Shown in pieces: positions 25,944 to 38,695 of a stretch of DNA of 64,000 nucleotides; the first letter of the stretch is position 1, and each line of letters starts with the position of its first letter. A model generated the notes under the pieces. The model searched no databases. It saw only the letters and a list, made by a program, of their open reading frames with translations, and had not been told where the DNA came from. This DNA is from Octopus bimaculoides. Its lineage: Eukaryota. The translations under genes and the position numbers were made by a program. Location: positions 974,266-1,038,265 of the forward strand of contig NC_068989.1 of the NCBI RefSeq assembly GCF_001194135.2, in the 5' to 3' direction.

Positions 25944-26219
25944 CTTCAAGAATTGCGGAGAGTTAGCCGTGCCATTGTGAAATTGCCTGACGACTTCACT
26001 GAAGATGATGTCCCTGTTACAATCATTGGAAATTTTTATTCTCTTCAGTCTGCCCAGCGACGAATCAGAGATCTCATGGTGTCGGCCCTTCACAGTGCAG
26101 GCCCTCCACAAATACCACACCAACAACAGCAACCACCATTGATTCCACTTCCCCAACCTCCCGTTTCCTATCATCAAAACAGGACAGTTAAAACCAGTAG
26201 GGAACAAGAAGTCAACTAA
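25944..26219 (+). CDS. IGF2BP: IGF2BP last coding exon, KH4 plus Pro/Gln-rich tail: LQELRRVSRAIVKLPDD...IIGNFYSLQSAQRRIRDLM...EQEVN*
   Basis: tttcag acceptor; matches 'V.IIGHFYA.Q.AQRKIR'; TAA at 26217-26219. Confidence 0.96.
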   Translation, partial: LQELRRVSRAIVKLPDDFTEDDVPVTIIGNFYSLQSAQRRIRDLMVSALHSAGPPQIPHQQQQPPLIPLPQPPVSYHQNRTVKTSREQEVN

Positions 26220-27127
26220 TTGTACATAATTAACATCTCCCAACCCTGATCAGTTGTTAATCAAGTTATCAGGTTCTGATGACATGCCAAAGATGTCAAT
26301 CCATTTTTAAGGATGTAAGTTGTGTAGATAAAAACTTTTAATTTAACTTTCTAGGACTAACACTGACTGGATTTCTTCCTTATTACATGAAGTAAATAGG
26401 TAAAACTTTTGGTTTCTTTTTATCCTCTTTCCTTTTTTATATAATTTCTTGTGTTTCTTTAACTTCATGTAATTATCTACTTCAAGATTTTACTTCTGTT
26501 TGAGAGACAGACAAAAGTGGTTTCTGTCAAATCGGGTTGTATAAAGAAAGGTGGGGGGGGGGACGACAAAATGACGGACGATTGCTATTGTTTGGATCTC
26601 TCTGTTTCACTGAGGGCAGCAATAATCTGTGTGTAAAGTAGGCAGTTGTTGAGGTTGGTTGTTGTTGCTGTAATTATTGATGAGGACTGTCCTCCACTAT
26701 TCTCTATTGATAGCTGATAGTTGTTCAATACAGTGGGTAGGAGCTGTTAGCCTCTGTCCATTTTTGGACATTTTGACTTTCCCCTTTTTTTTCTCTTTTT
26801 TTTAAAATGAAATATCAAAAGGACACACAACTAATTGTTGAAACTCTACAAACTGGTTTATTTTTATTTATTTATTCTTACATGTCTATGATAATCATGA
26901 GCTATTTTGTTGGAAGTGGAGTCATTTTGAAATATAGGTATTCAGTTGAACAAATTTTAACCTGAGACCATTGTTGAATGTTGAACCTTGTCCGGCTCCT
27001 TTTTTTCTAAGGAAGTACAAAGTTTATTTTTGATACTTGTTGAGGTGCTTTAGAACTTTTAGATGATCTGCATCTGACCACCACCAAACATAATTGTTTG
27101 TGTTTGGGCTAAAACAGCTCTGTGTAA

Positions 27128-27158
<31 letters not shown>

Positions 27159-28746
27159 GTTTTGTTTTCCTTGCCAACCCCACCACAAACAATTTGAACA
27201 ACTTGTCAATATTAGAATGGAAACTATTTTTGTTCTTTAACTCTGCAACTAATGTTCACAGTGTCTGCCATGCAACCTTTGGTAGCTCTGAGACTTTCAG
27301 AGTTTCACTGATACATTTTATTCTTGTATTTATTGGATTAGCAATGGATTTCTGAAACTGTAAAATCAAATAGTTTTTCTTGTCACCACACACACTTTTT
27401 GTTATTTTACTTGACTCAATTTAGAAATGTTTTTGCTTTTAACTTTTTTGAGGAAAAGGAATTTCTTGATTTATTAACTTAACGTTAGCATGTGTTCACT
27501 GTTTGCAATCAATTTTAGACTTAGCACTTAATTTAGGAAATAGAGTAATATTGCCTTTAATTATGTGCCTTTGTTAGATATTTTTTTCTGATATCTCTTT
27601 CAAACTCTAAAAAAAAAAGTAAAAAAAATGAAAAAAAAAAAAAGGATAACTCTAGGTAAAAACCAGCAATGTTTTACATATAATTTGGAATTTTTTGCTC
27701 TAATTTCTTAAGATTTTGATTTTGATAGTGCTGGATTTTGGCACATTTAGTGTGTGTGTGTGTTGCTTATAACCACTGAGGCTTCAGATAGTATGTTCAG
27801 TTTTATTCTCTTAGATTTATTTTTGCACATTTTTATGAGTTGTAATAACCTTCTTACCAATCCATTTACAATCTAAAGCCTTTTATATTTCTTATTGGTG
27901 GTGACAAAATGAAGGTTGTAACAACCTGTTCATTTTTGAACTACAGAATTAGAGAAATGTGATATTTTTTAGATGGAACTATATTCAGGTTTTCAATTGA
28001 ACGACAATCTTCTTGACTGAACACTCTAGTTGTGTACAACATTAAGTTCCCACCTATCCCAGAATTTGCAAGTTGAGCTGCAAACTCATTACATATTTCA
28101 TGTGTACTCTCAATGCATTCAACCTAGACACCACACACTGCTTGTTCTAAATTTTATTTCATCAATTATAATTCTTTCTGAATATTGTAATTAAGTGCAG
28201 TAAATTGCACATATGCATTTCAAATATTTGGTGAACGTTTGATTGATCAGAAGCTTAAGATATAAAAACAGTATGTGCTATTTTGAGGCTGGAATATCCC
28301 TGTGGGAAAAGATTAAAATAAAAAGACAAATGCTATCTTCTGCTTTGTCGGGTAATTGTCTTGACTATTAGCAGTTTATTACACTGAAGGAAGGAAGGAA
28401 GAACAAGTTAGTGGGTTTTCAGTTGAGTCAATCTGTTCCCCCCCTTTCATCACTGGTTTGCCTGCATAACTCTCTTTCCTGTTGTTAGTTTGTGAGTGAA
28501 TGAGTGAGAATATGCATGTCTATGTAATGTAAAGATCTTTTAAGCCAAAGACAAACACCATCTGAAAGAAATGAATTTTGTAAAAGAAAAAGGCTCTTTT
28601 TTTTCTTTTTTTTTTACTTCTCTAGCAAAGAAATAAATTATTATTCAATCTCACAATGAGGTGGTTTCTTTCTTTCTAGTTCATTTGCCTTTTTGTTTCC
28701 TTTTTTTTTTTTTTNNNNNNNNNNNNNNNNNNNNNNNNNNNNNNNN

Positions 28747-28790
<44 letters not shown>

Positions 28791-29700
28791 GCTACCTAAG
28801 AAAATAGTTGTGAAAATGTATGGGTTTACAATGAATATTGTGGATATTCTCTGTAATCAACCTTCAATTTAAAAGATTGTCTTTAATGCTTCATAAATAC
28901 ATCCGGTTCTGTTAATAGATGTAACTATTGCAAATGTACACTTTAAAGATGAGGGTTAGCCTGAAGAATTTTTGTGGGGTCGGACATAACCTTTATGAAA
29001 CTTAGTATAAGGAGTCCAAAAGTTGAAGATAAAGAATTTTGATATAGTTACTGTTTTTTTCAAGTAAGAATTGATTTCTTTAAAATAGTTTTTATTTTTT
29101 TGAAGTCTAGTTTTGGAATATTGAAAGTTTGATTCTACTCAACATGTGGCTTGGGTTATTCTTCAAGAAATTACAATTTTTCATCTTTAAAGAGATTTCT
29201 GTTATTTCAAGTTCTACTGTTATTACATCTGTGGATTAAACGAGATTAGTGCAATAGCAGGAGTAAGAAACTCACTGTTTTTATCAGCAGTCTGATCCTG
29301 CCCACCCACCCTCTAAAGCCCTTCCATTACCTTCTCTGAGCTTGCTAAAATAAGTCTTGGGGGCAGGTAGGTGCAGTCAGTTCAACAGATTCTGCTATAT
29401 TTTATGAAATAGGAAAAGTAAACTTGGTTCTGGCAAGATTTGAACCAAGGATAGTGAGGATTGCTGAGTAGAGACAATGAATCAACTTCCATTTTCTCTC
29501 TACACTTCAGTTATGGGAAACCTATGATGTTGGGAATAATTAATTAAAATAGTTGTTACCTCTGGATTGGTTTTGTTATTGTGAAGTGTAGACCAACTTC
29601 TATATTTTCAATGACTCCAAGAGAATTGTCCTTGATTTCAGATGTTACAATATAAAGATAGCAGAGCAGAGCCTGCTCTAACAATTTTGTGTGAATAAAA
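26220..29700 (+). other. Putative long U-rich 3' UTR of IGF2BP with candidate polyadenylation signals
   Basis: Follows the stop codon. Nearly free of the SINE copies that fill the introns. AATAAA at 28317-28322, 28632-28637 and 29694-29699. True end unknown. Confidence 0.5.
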
Positions 29701-30274
29701 AAAAGAAACTACTGACTGACCTGTGAAGAAGAGATGGATAACTGTAGAGACACTAAAAGTAGGGGAGGTGAAAGTAAAACAAGTTTAATGCTATGGAAGT
29801 AAATTTGGCGGGCGAAATATGGATAATGCTTTTTTGGACGGAGCCCAAGATTTCTGGTAAATATTCTGGATAAGGGAGGTGGGTAGCACTGAATTAATAT
29901 TGCACTAGATTGAAGATTTTTTTTTTTTTTTGTTATGGTGATTATATAAAAGTTGCCTCAAGCCAACATAGATGCACACAAAGCAATGTTTATGTAACGA
30001 GAGAGTTGCAGGTAAGAAGGGCAGAACTATATTTTAAGGTTTTGCAATCAAAACTGCAAAAGTTTTATTAATACTAATTTTAAAATTTTGTTAAAAGCAC
30101 TTAAAGATTTAAGTAACAGATTTAAAAACAAAAAAAAAGTCCTGGTGTTGATTCATTTGACTAAAAAGTCTTTAAGGTGGTGCCCCAGCATGGCCATAAT
30201 TTAATGACTGAAATAAGTAAAATAATAAGATTGTTTCTTATTGTGCATATATAATACATGTATATGGATGTGTG

Positions 30275-30600
30275 CAGCATCATCATCATCATCATTTAAA
30301 GTCCATATTCCATGTTGGCAGGCAAGGATTGCATGCTTTGAAAGGATCAGGTGGGTCCAGAGTCCCATCGGGCTCCAACTATCTGCTTTGGCAGGGTTTC
30401 TATGGTTGGATGCCCTCCTTAACTCCAACCACTTTACACTGTGGACTGGGTATTTTTTGTTTTATGGCACCTGCACCAGTGAGGTTACCCTGCAGCCTGC
30501 AAGACTACAATTCCCTTCAGCTGAGTTGGGACTACAAGAGAGAGGGAGGTGACTTTATGCTAGGAGAAGGAATCAGAATAGAGGAGATATAAAAGAGGAT
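30275..30600 (-). mobile_element. Family D copy
   Basis: (cat)n head-on, ggatgccctccttaactccaaccactttac. Confidence 0.7.
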
Positions 30601-31016
30601 TGGGAAGAGAGAGAGAGTGGTGATAATGAGGTGTGGCCTTGAGATAAGAGGTGATCAGGGACAGAAGAGGAAGTGAGGGTGGAAGAATATTTGGGAGGGT
30701 GAGAGATGGCTAGGCATAGGGGGATGAGTAAGAGAATGAATATATGGGTAGGGTTGAGGGGGTGAGCAATGATACATAAGTACCAGTTGTGTACTGGGTC
30801 GATCTAATCGACTAGCCCCCCCCCCACTCCCCCAAAATTTCAGGCCTTGTGCCTAGAGTAGAAAAGTATATATTTTACAGACAGATATACTTCTTATTCT
30901 CATAATGCTCCCAGGTCAATTTTAATTGGACAGATCTATGATGAAAGGTATTCCAGATGTGACCATCCTGCCTAATACAGCAGAGACCACAGTCTTCACT
31001 GTGTTCCTTTATTTAA

Positions 31017-31237
31017 CCCCTTAACATTCTGATTACTCTGTCAAAACCTAATGCTTATTTATTCATTTTGTTTTTAATTAATTATGCATCATCTCATAGT
31101 GTTGAGATTCCAGTGATGTGATTATTCATTTTTAGAATGACATTGAGGAGTAAGTGTGAGAGGCTGGATCTGGTTGGTCTGAGCATAAAACGGGAAGAAT
31201 ATTGAGGCCTGATATGGCCAGTTTAAATGCTAAAGGG
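31017..31237. mobile_element. piggyBac-type MITE (221 bp) with TTAA TSD
   Basis: TTAA|CCCCTTAACATT ... AATGCTAAAGGG|TTAA (TSDs 31013-31016 and 31238-31241). A second degenerate copy lies at ~32440-32646. Confidence 0.75.
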
Positions 31238-32439
31238 TTAAGGTGTGATTTGAGAGGGATTTGGCTGCTATTTCTTGCAAGTTGTGTAAAGTTTCTCTTT
31301 GTTGTTGTTTAGCCCCAGGTCAGTCCAACTGTGGCCATTCAACCATTTTTTCATCTACACAGGAACCCCATGACCTCATTCTCTAAGCTGTCCTAAGAGT
31401 GAAAGTGTGTCATATGAGGCAGGATTTGACAGGTATTTTTAGCAAGTTGAATGACTGTATAGAGGCTCCCTCTTGTGATAGGAATGAAACATAAAAAAAC
31501 ATTTAATCCCCACATTAAAAATATGTGTTTGGTGGGGGGGAGTGATGAGAGAAAGGAGGAGGAGGAGGGAGTAGAAAAAAAAGAATAATTAGAAACAGGA
31601 AATAATGTTGATAAAGGTGGGGAAGGCGTAGGAATAAAATTGGTTTTGTTTATGGAAAGGAATGGAATAGGATTGGCAACAGGTGTGGCAGTGTTTAGGA
31701 TTGTTATCAAATAACACTGCTGCCTTCGGTCTGTGTGTGTTTGTGTGAATGCACACACACATCTAAAGACATACCAAAGAGAGAGAGAGAGAGAAGGTCT
31801 GCACCTAAGCAAGTCTACTGATAGATATATATATATATAGAGAGAGTTATGAATCAAAAAAGCAGTGAGTCAGTGCCAGCATTTTGGATGTTTTGGCCTC
31901 TCAATCATAAGATAATGATGCCAATCTCAATTCAAGGCCACTCTCGGTTCTGCTGCTCATTCCAAAGACTACTTCTGTTCACCTCATTTAATTCTTCAAT
32001 TCTTAAAACTGTTCAGTGTCAAGTATGAGTTTCCCTTCAGATGAATATCTTTGATATTGTATGTGTTTGAGAGATCTAGAGCAGGGATGGGTGAAATTGG
32101 TACAAAATCAGTCGACATTTAATTCCTCACACAGATACAAGGGCCTTGCTGATGGCCAACCAGCTGAGAGGTTGATGATGTGTATCCTGTCAGTGTATTG
32201 TGTTTGTGGTTAAGTCACTTAACTCTAAAATGGCCAAGTCCATCTAAATAACTGTGAAGTAGGAAATATTTGTTAACAAGAAGAGCATTGTTAAATTTGA
32301 GAGCCATGTGAGACTGCAGTGTTTGGAGAGAGGATGGTCTATGCAAGTGGATTTGCTCCAGGTACATTCTCTGAAGTATGAACCAATGATAGAACCTCTA
32401 TGTAGTCATTTGTTCTCCTAGAAATAGCAGTGAAATCTC

Positions 32440-32646
32440 CCTCTGTCAAATGCAAAGCTTATTTATTTACATTGTTTCGAGTTAACCTTGCATTTATCTC
32501 TTAGCTGTGAGATTTCAATGATCTGATTGTTTATTTTTAGAATGACATTGTGGGATAGGTGTGATAGGCTGGATCTGGCCAGTTTGAACATAAAGCAGGT
32601 ACAATATTTGGGCCTGATTTGACTGGTTTAACTGCTAAAGGATTAA
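32440..32646. mobile_element. Second, end-degraded copy of the TTAA MITE
   Basis: Shares internal sequence (tgattgtttatttttagaatgacattg...ggctggatctgg...tgctaaagg) with 31017-31237. Confidence 0.7.
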
Positions 32647-33694
32647 ATCATACACTACTTTCTTTAAAACAAAAGGGACAGATTAGATAATGGGATACGA
32701 GATACATTGGTTGAATCCTGCCAAAATAAATGTTCTCAATTCTACAGATAAAAGATTCTTATTTCAGTTGCTTAATTCTTCAAAAGAAATAAGTATTGGT
32801 AAAATAATTCACTTTCTGGTCTCTAATAGTAATAATAATAAGTTAATGTTTAAATAATGATGATTATGGATATGGCTAAAAGGCAACTGAAGGTTGTGTG
32901 TGTGTGTGCGCTAGAAATAAATTTGTTTCCAATACAGAAATTATAGCTTCCAGTTTATTTCTCTGGTTAAGAATTGCCTCATTGTTGTGGAAAGAAGCTT
33001 TACCATATGCCATGGGCCCAATAATAATAACTTGCGTAAATGAGCCTGTAATCGCTCAGATTTTGGATTTCTTGGATGTGTTATATGCTGGGGCAGTGTG
33101 AAATTCCTTGCAGCTGAACGAAGTGATGGAATGTCTCCCAAGACCTTAACAAGCAATGATGCTTTTTATTAAAAGATGGAAATGGCTGCAGCATCAGAAC
33201 AATAGAAAAAGAAGAGAGATGCTGGTAATGGTGAGAGGGTGGGGTGGGGGTGAGGTTATGTGTATAATTTGAAGTGTTTGGAAGAATTTCTGGGTGATTA
33301 AAACCAGAACTGAGGTTGATGTGAAGATTAGCTTCTTCCCATATAATAAGAAAGAATTTGGTTCAGGACAAGCTGGACGTAGTCATTACATGTTTTATCA
33401 GTCTGAATATATATAGAAATATCTGGACAGAATGCAAATTATAAACTCTTTATTATACATATCTATGTGTGTATATATGTCTGTATATACATTTTGCAAT
33501 GTAAAAATGTATCCACCTATATACATTATATATATATCAAATCATGTAAATATATCAAATTAAAGATACTACAATGGACAATACCAAGTGGACTCTCACC
33601 TATGACCTTATGTTTTTACCAAAAGCCAACTCCCTCCTTCACCAATATCCAACTCCCTCCTTCACCAAAAGCCAATCTCTGAAGAATGGCCATT

Positions 33695-33885
33695 CTTTTC
33701 TACTCTAAGTACAAGGCCCGAAATGTTTGGGGGAGTGGGGCAGTCGATTAGATCGACCCCAGTACGCAACTGGTACTTATCTTACCCCAAAAGGATGAAA
33801 GGCAAAGTTGACCAAAGACAGACGAAATACCATTAAGCATTTTGCCTGGCATGCTAACGTTTCTGCCAGCTCGCCGCCTTGAAGA
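33695..33885 (-). mobile_element. SINE family B copy
   Basis: Reverse complement of 52730-52950 (gcatgctaacgtttctgccagctcgcc; gatgaaaggcaaagttgacc). Confidence 0.75.
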
Positions 33886-35921
33886 ATGGCCATCAAGAAG
33901 CAGTACCCCACCATGACCACACCCTTTGCACTGAAGTGCATGAAAAAAATAAGAGTGCTCCAGCATGGCCACAGTCGAATGACTGAAACAAGTAAAAGAT
34001 ATATATATATATATCGTTTTTAGAAAAACAAATCTTGAGAAGCACACTCTAAGAAGTAGAGCAGTCTATATTTTTTTTAATAAATATATAAAATAATAAT
34101 AATTTGATAAGTATAATCTATGATGCATAAATTATAATGAGTGTTTATGATAAACTTTATGAACACATGTTCAGACCTACATTCGTGTACTGCTTCCATA
34201 TGTAGAACAGTTCTGCTGCTACACAGACACACAACCGTTCTAGAGAAGAAATTCAGGATTCTCTTCCTAGCAGACGTTCAACCACACCAGCACAGCACTC
34301 TAACACTACTACAACCGTCTCTGTTCCTTTGAACTGAGGAATTGTAGCGCCAACCTTTTTCTCCTGGTCTCAGATCTTGCATTAAACGCTCCACCAGTCA
34401 CTTTTCTTGGAACTGCACATCCTTGCTTATTGCCTCGCACTTTACTTCCGTTTCCACCACCCACCCCTTTACACATTGACAAAAAAGAAAAAGAAAATTC
34501 AAGCTGAGCCCATGTCGAATCACTGTGGGTGTGTTTAGAGCCCTTGCTATCGTTCTGATTTAAGCGAGTCTGTGTGTGTGTGTGTGTGTTGTCTTTTTTT
34601 TTTTTAATTGTTTTGCTCTACGTAAGGTGGTCGATGGAGCCCAGCACGCAGTGAAACCTCAAAAGTTAGCCATCGGGTTCCTTTTGTGGGGTTCACCAAT
34701 GTTAAAAGAATTCTTTAAACATGTATTTCTTTCTCTGATGTATTTACACAGTAAATGTACACTTATAAACATAGTTCTGTGATTACAATTCAATATATGC
34801 ATTGTTGTATACAAAACATATATTCAACGCACAACCTTTCTCTTCGCTCTGTCGATTCTTCGTTTCCCGCCCTCGTCATCTGCGCCTCTCTCTCTCTTCC
34901 ACAAATACACGTTTCTTTTGTATTCTCTTTGAAATACCGAAGACTCTTCCATAACACACTCTTACGACCACCTAGCTTCCTAGTCACACGCATAAATATT
35001 TATTTTCTCACCCATACACGCTTTTGTCTTTTTTGTTTTACAAACACGTTTTTACACATGATTTATGCAGGAAAATACATTCCCCTGCAATCATACACAT
35101 ATCTATGTGGGTGCCATACACACACACATACATGCGTGCATACTACACATGAATACATATATACGTAGATGACACACACTCACACACATACATATATTAG
35201 TGGGTGGGTAAAAAAAAAGATGGGGTGGAGATTGCTGTGATAAAATACAGTCGTCAAAATAGAGCATCCATCCATTGGAGAGAGGAGGGGAGAGAGAGAG
35301 CACGTGTGTGTGTGTGTGTGTGTGCTCAGAACGAACACACTACAACACCTCGATTATAAATTGGAGAAGGATTTGAAATAATAAAAATGATAAGAATAAT
35401 GATATAATTTCGAATACAATTCCTGTTTCAATGACAATAATAATGTTGATGTTCATGATGGTAAAGAAGAGAGAAGAAAAGTTGAAGTAGCAGCATCAAA
35501 CGCAGCAGGCATGGATCTGGCGTAGTTTCTCTAACAAGGAAGTGTAACGGCATCATTACCATCATCATTACCATCGTTACAACCACCGCCACCGCCACCA
35601 CCACCACCACCATCACCAGCTTCTCCTTCTCCTTCTTCTTCTTCCCCGTCGCCGCTACCGTCACAAGCACCACCAGCAGAATCACCAATTACTACCAACA
35701 GCAGAGTATCTCCTACAATAGCAGTTACAGGGCAAAGCCCAGTCAGTATCAAACGTGTCATCATTTTGTTCGTTTGTTCGCTCATTCATTCCTCATTGGA
35801 ACCGATCGCTACGGTTGGTGGGCAAATTTTGAAAACAAAAAACCTCTACGAGTTGTTTGTGTCACACATACATAAAGGGTCGCAAGGCGACAGACCAGAA
35901 TCCGAAGCAGCTCGGTTGTGT

Positions 35922-35939
35922 ATGTGGGGGGGTTGCTAG
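35922..35939 (+). promoter_or_regulatory. Short upstream ORF (MWGGC*) in frame with MRAS, ending 24 nt before the main ATG
   Basis: ATG 35922-35924 and TAG 35937-35939 are in the same frame as ATG 35964. Inclusion in the mRNA is assumed. Confidence 0.45.
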
Positions 35940-35963
35940 GAACGAAACCGGCAACATATCACA

Positions 35964-36147
35964 ATGGTGAAGCCACCTAATGACTCCAGCACTTACAAGT
36001 TGGTCGTAGTAGGAGAAGGTGGTGTCGGTAAGTCGGCGCTCACTATCCAGTTCTTTCAGAAACTGTTTGTTCAGGATTATGACCCAACAATTGAGGATTC
36101 GTACATACAACACGAAGATGTTGATGGAATATGGTGTGTTTTGGACG
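35964..36147 (+). CDS. MRAS: MRAS coding exon 1: [61 protein letters not shown]
   Basis: ATG preceded by an in-frame TAG at 35937; P-loop and switch I; gtaagt donor at 36148 (phase 1). Confidence 0.97.
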
Positions 36148-38695
36148 GTAAGTGTCCCACTATGCAACTTCATACCCTTCTCTCTCTCTGTGTGCTTATT
36201 TCTTTCATCTTTTACATTCACACGCGCCTTCCCCCCCCCCTTTATTATCCATTCCACACTCTAAACAGCCTCATTTACTTTCTTTTTCTCTTCTCTGCAT
36301 CATGTCACACAAACACATTTTCATTTATTCCTCTTTCTTACTCCTTTTTCATGTCCACACTATCCCTTCTCTCTCTCTCTCTCTCTCATTCATATAACAT
36401 CCACCCACTTTCTTCTTTCCTTTCTCTTTCAACGTTATTCTTTCATTTTCGTTCTCTCCCCTCCCCACCACACTGCTTCCATTTTCCTTCACTTGCTCTC
36501 GTTGCCACACTCATTCATTTATTCTTTGTCTCTCTTGGATAATCCTTTCCGTTCACATGTGCAGCATGACTATTTTAAAAACACATAAACGCACCTATCT
36601 ATACACACACACAGGAAAAATATAGGAATTCTCGAACGAAGAACAACGAGGCCGCTCATAAATCTGTCCACTTGTCTGCGTAGTTCTTTGTGTCTGTGTG
36701 TGTTTATGTATGTATGTTGTATACTACAACCTTAAGTATATTTTTCAACTGTTGGTATTGAAGAGAGCCTATTGATAGAAAGATACAAGTCACTATCTAC
36801 ACATGTACCACTGTATGTGTGCTTGTATGTGTGTATTGTGTGTGTGTGTATACGCACTAGATATGTATCACAGATTCATTTCCTTTATACGCTCAAAAAA
36901 TAAAACCAGCAGAATAAAAAAAAAACGCACATTTACAGAAGCACACATACATAGATTCAAAGTCACACACACACACGCGTATACATACTGCTGTTGTTTC
37001 ATTGCTGTGCGCCTATTGAGGAGGACTAGACGCAAAAGATAAGGACAGATTAAGTCAAAATGTGTTATTAATCAACATGTTTAAGTCGTGTTAACAAATT
37101 CTAGGTGCCTCTCCACCACTGTTTCAACACACACACACACACACCTTGCATTCACGCAAAGATCTGGTACCACCAGATTAAGAATCCGCCTCACATGGTG
37201 GACTACTTGCAATACTACTTGTCTAAACCCATAGACTTATCGGTGAACCTCATAATTCCTTATATCAATACTGTATATATCTGATATGTTATCGATTACA
37301 AGGGAATTAAAAGCCCTTTATGTTGTATGTTCAAATATTGTTCATTCTTGTAGGATCGATAAAATAAAATGCCAGTCAATTACTGGGTGGGTTCAACAAG
37401 TCTGAGATTAAATTGAATTATTATAATAATAGATGACCGGCAAAACCGATGGAACTTGAAGACGTAAAAGGACGAAAAAAGACATTTAGTCTTCAGTGTT
37501 GCGCTTTTACCATTTTACGGCCGTATGTTGTATTAGTCATAATTATATTTTTTTAGGACTGAAACCAAAACTTCAAACTTATCAGATTAGAAAAATGGTA
37601 ATTTACAACGTTCAAGCACTGCTTGACGATGATATTGGTAACATAATAAGTAAAAGGAAATAACCTCCAATTAGGGTTATTGGTACACTTCATCGAAATG
37701 TGACATTCACAACATTTGAATAGCTGTGATCCATTGAAATAATCGACTCTAGTATATAATTGATACTTAGTTTTTCGATTCTGATAGGAATAAATGATGT
37801 TAGGTTTTTACTCTTGGCAGGATTTAAATTCAGGATCTTGAGAAGCCCCTATAATGTCATAAAACGTCGGTCCGTTGGCTCTTTACCGTCTGTGTGATTT
37901 ACAGACTTCTTAGAATTCTTTTTTTGGCAATATCACAAAGCGTTTGGGGAGTGAAAACGGGATGCTGTTTTGACCCGGGCTTTAGCAGCACAAATGAAGT
38001 GAAAGTAGATTTGATAGGGAATTGAAACCTTGTTACATACTCAGTTCGGTGTTACAAATTTGAGGTTATTTCGCTAATACATCTTTCATCTTCTTTATAA
38101 CAAGAAATTTTCACCTCAAATTGAGCCTTGTGCATGCCTAATATGTATTTTATCGACCCAGATGAGTTGAAGTTAGCCTCTTAGGATTTGAACCTCAACT
38201 GAACAGATATAAAAATTGTCGTGTTAAGTGGAATTTAACTCTAGAATCATGAAGGGCCAAACTGAATACATTTATTCTGAATCTCCACCACACACACATA
38301 AATTAAAAAAGAAAATCCAGGACTGCCGGAGACAATGAATGTGTGAATTATATCGTTTGTTACTTTCTCAATCGTTACAAAGGGGGTAAATGTAAGAATT
38401 TTAATCAGGAATCGAAACTGTTGCAAAGCGTATTCACTACAGAAGAACCTCATTACTTTCATGTTGGGAAAGACGGGAAATTGTTTTCGAGTTTATATCA
38501 TAATTGCAACGAAAGCTCAACCTATTGATTGCGTATAATTGTAGAAAACACAAGAAAACGGACAATGTGACAAAAAAAGTGTCTGATTAAATATCTTGGA
38601 GAAATTCGTTTCGTCCATCATCGACGTTACTCAGGTGTCATTTGGATTCGATTAAATCGACTAAATATGTGTGTGTGTGTGTGTGTGTGTACCTC

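Larger units (their letters stand above)
11303..26219 (+). other. IGF2BP: IGF2BP/Imp-family (VICKZ) mRNA-binding protein gene, 5'-incomplete span (RRM1 end, RRM2, KH1-KH4)
   Basis: 14 hand-assembled exons. From 15816 to the stop at 26219 splice phases are consistent (1454 nt). Four KH GxxG loops (GKQG, GKHG, GSKG, GRGG) plus RRM strands match IGF2BP/Imp architecture. Confidence 0.95.

Noticed and set aside
28792-29562. let-7 target sites in the IGF2BP 3' region, expected from vertebrate and fly regulation
   Set aside because: Only weak 6-mer matches were seen (CTACCT 28792-28797, TACCTC 29557-29562); no 7- or 8-mer.
31712-31731. TAACACTGC...CGGTC resembling the start of a twister ribozyme
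   Set aside because: The downstream conserved CCAAGCCCGG-type segment and pseudoknot partners are absent; it runs into (TG)n.
35428-35785. Minus-strand ORFs (poly-Val/Met and poly-Gly/Glu) upstream of MRAS
   Set aside because: Products of triplet repeats; no homology or splice support.
35994-36035. Possible activating P-loop substitution in M-Ras
   Set aside because: The G12/G13 equivalents are intact; Glu occupies the variable preceding position.
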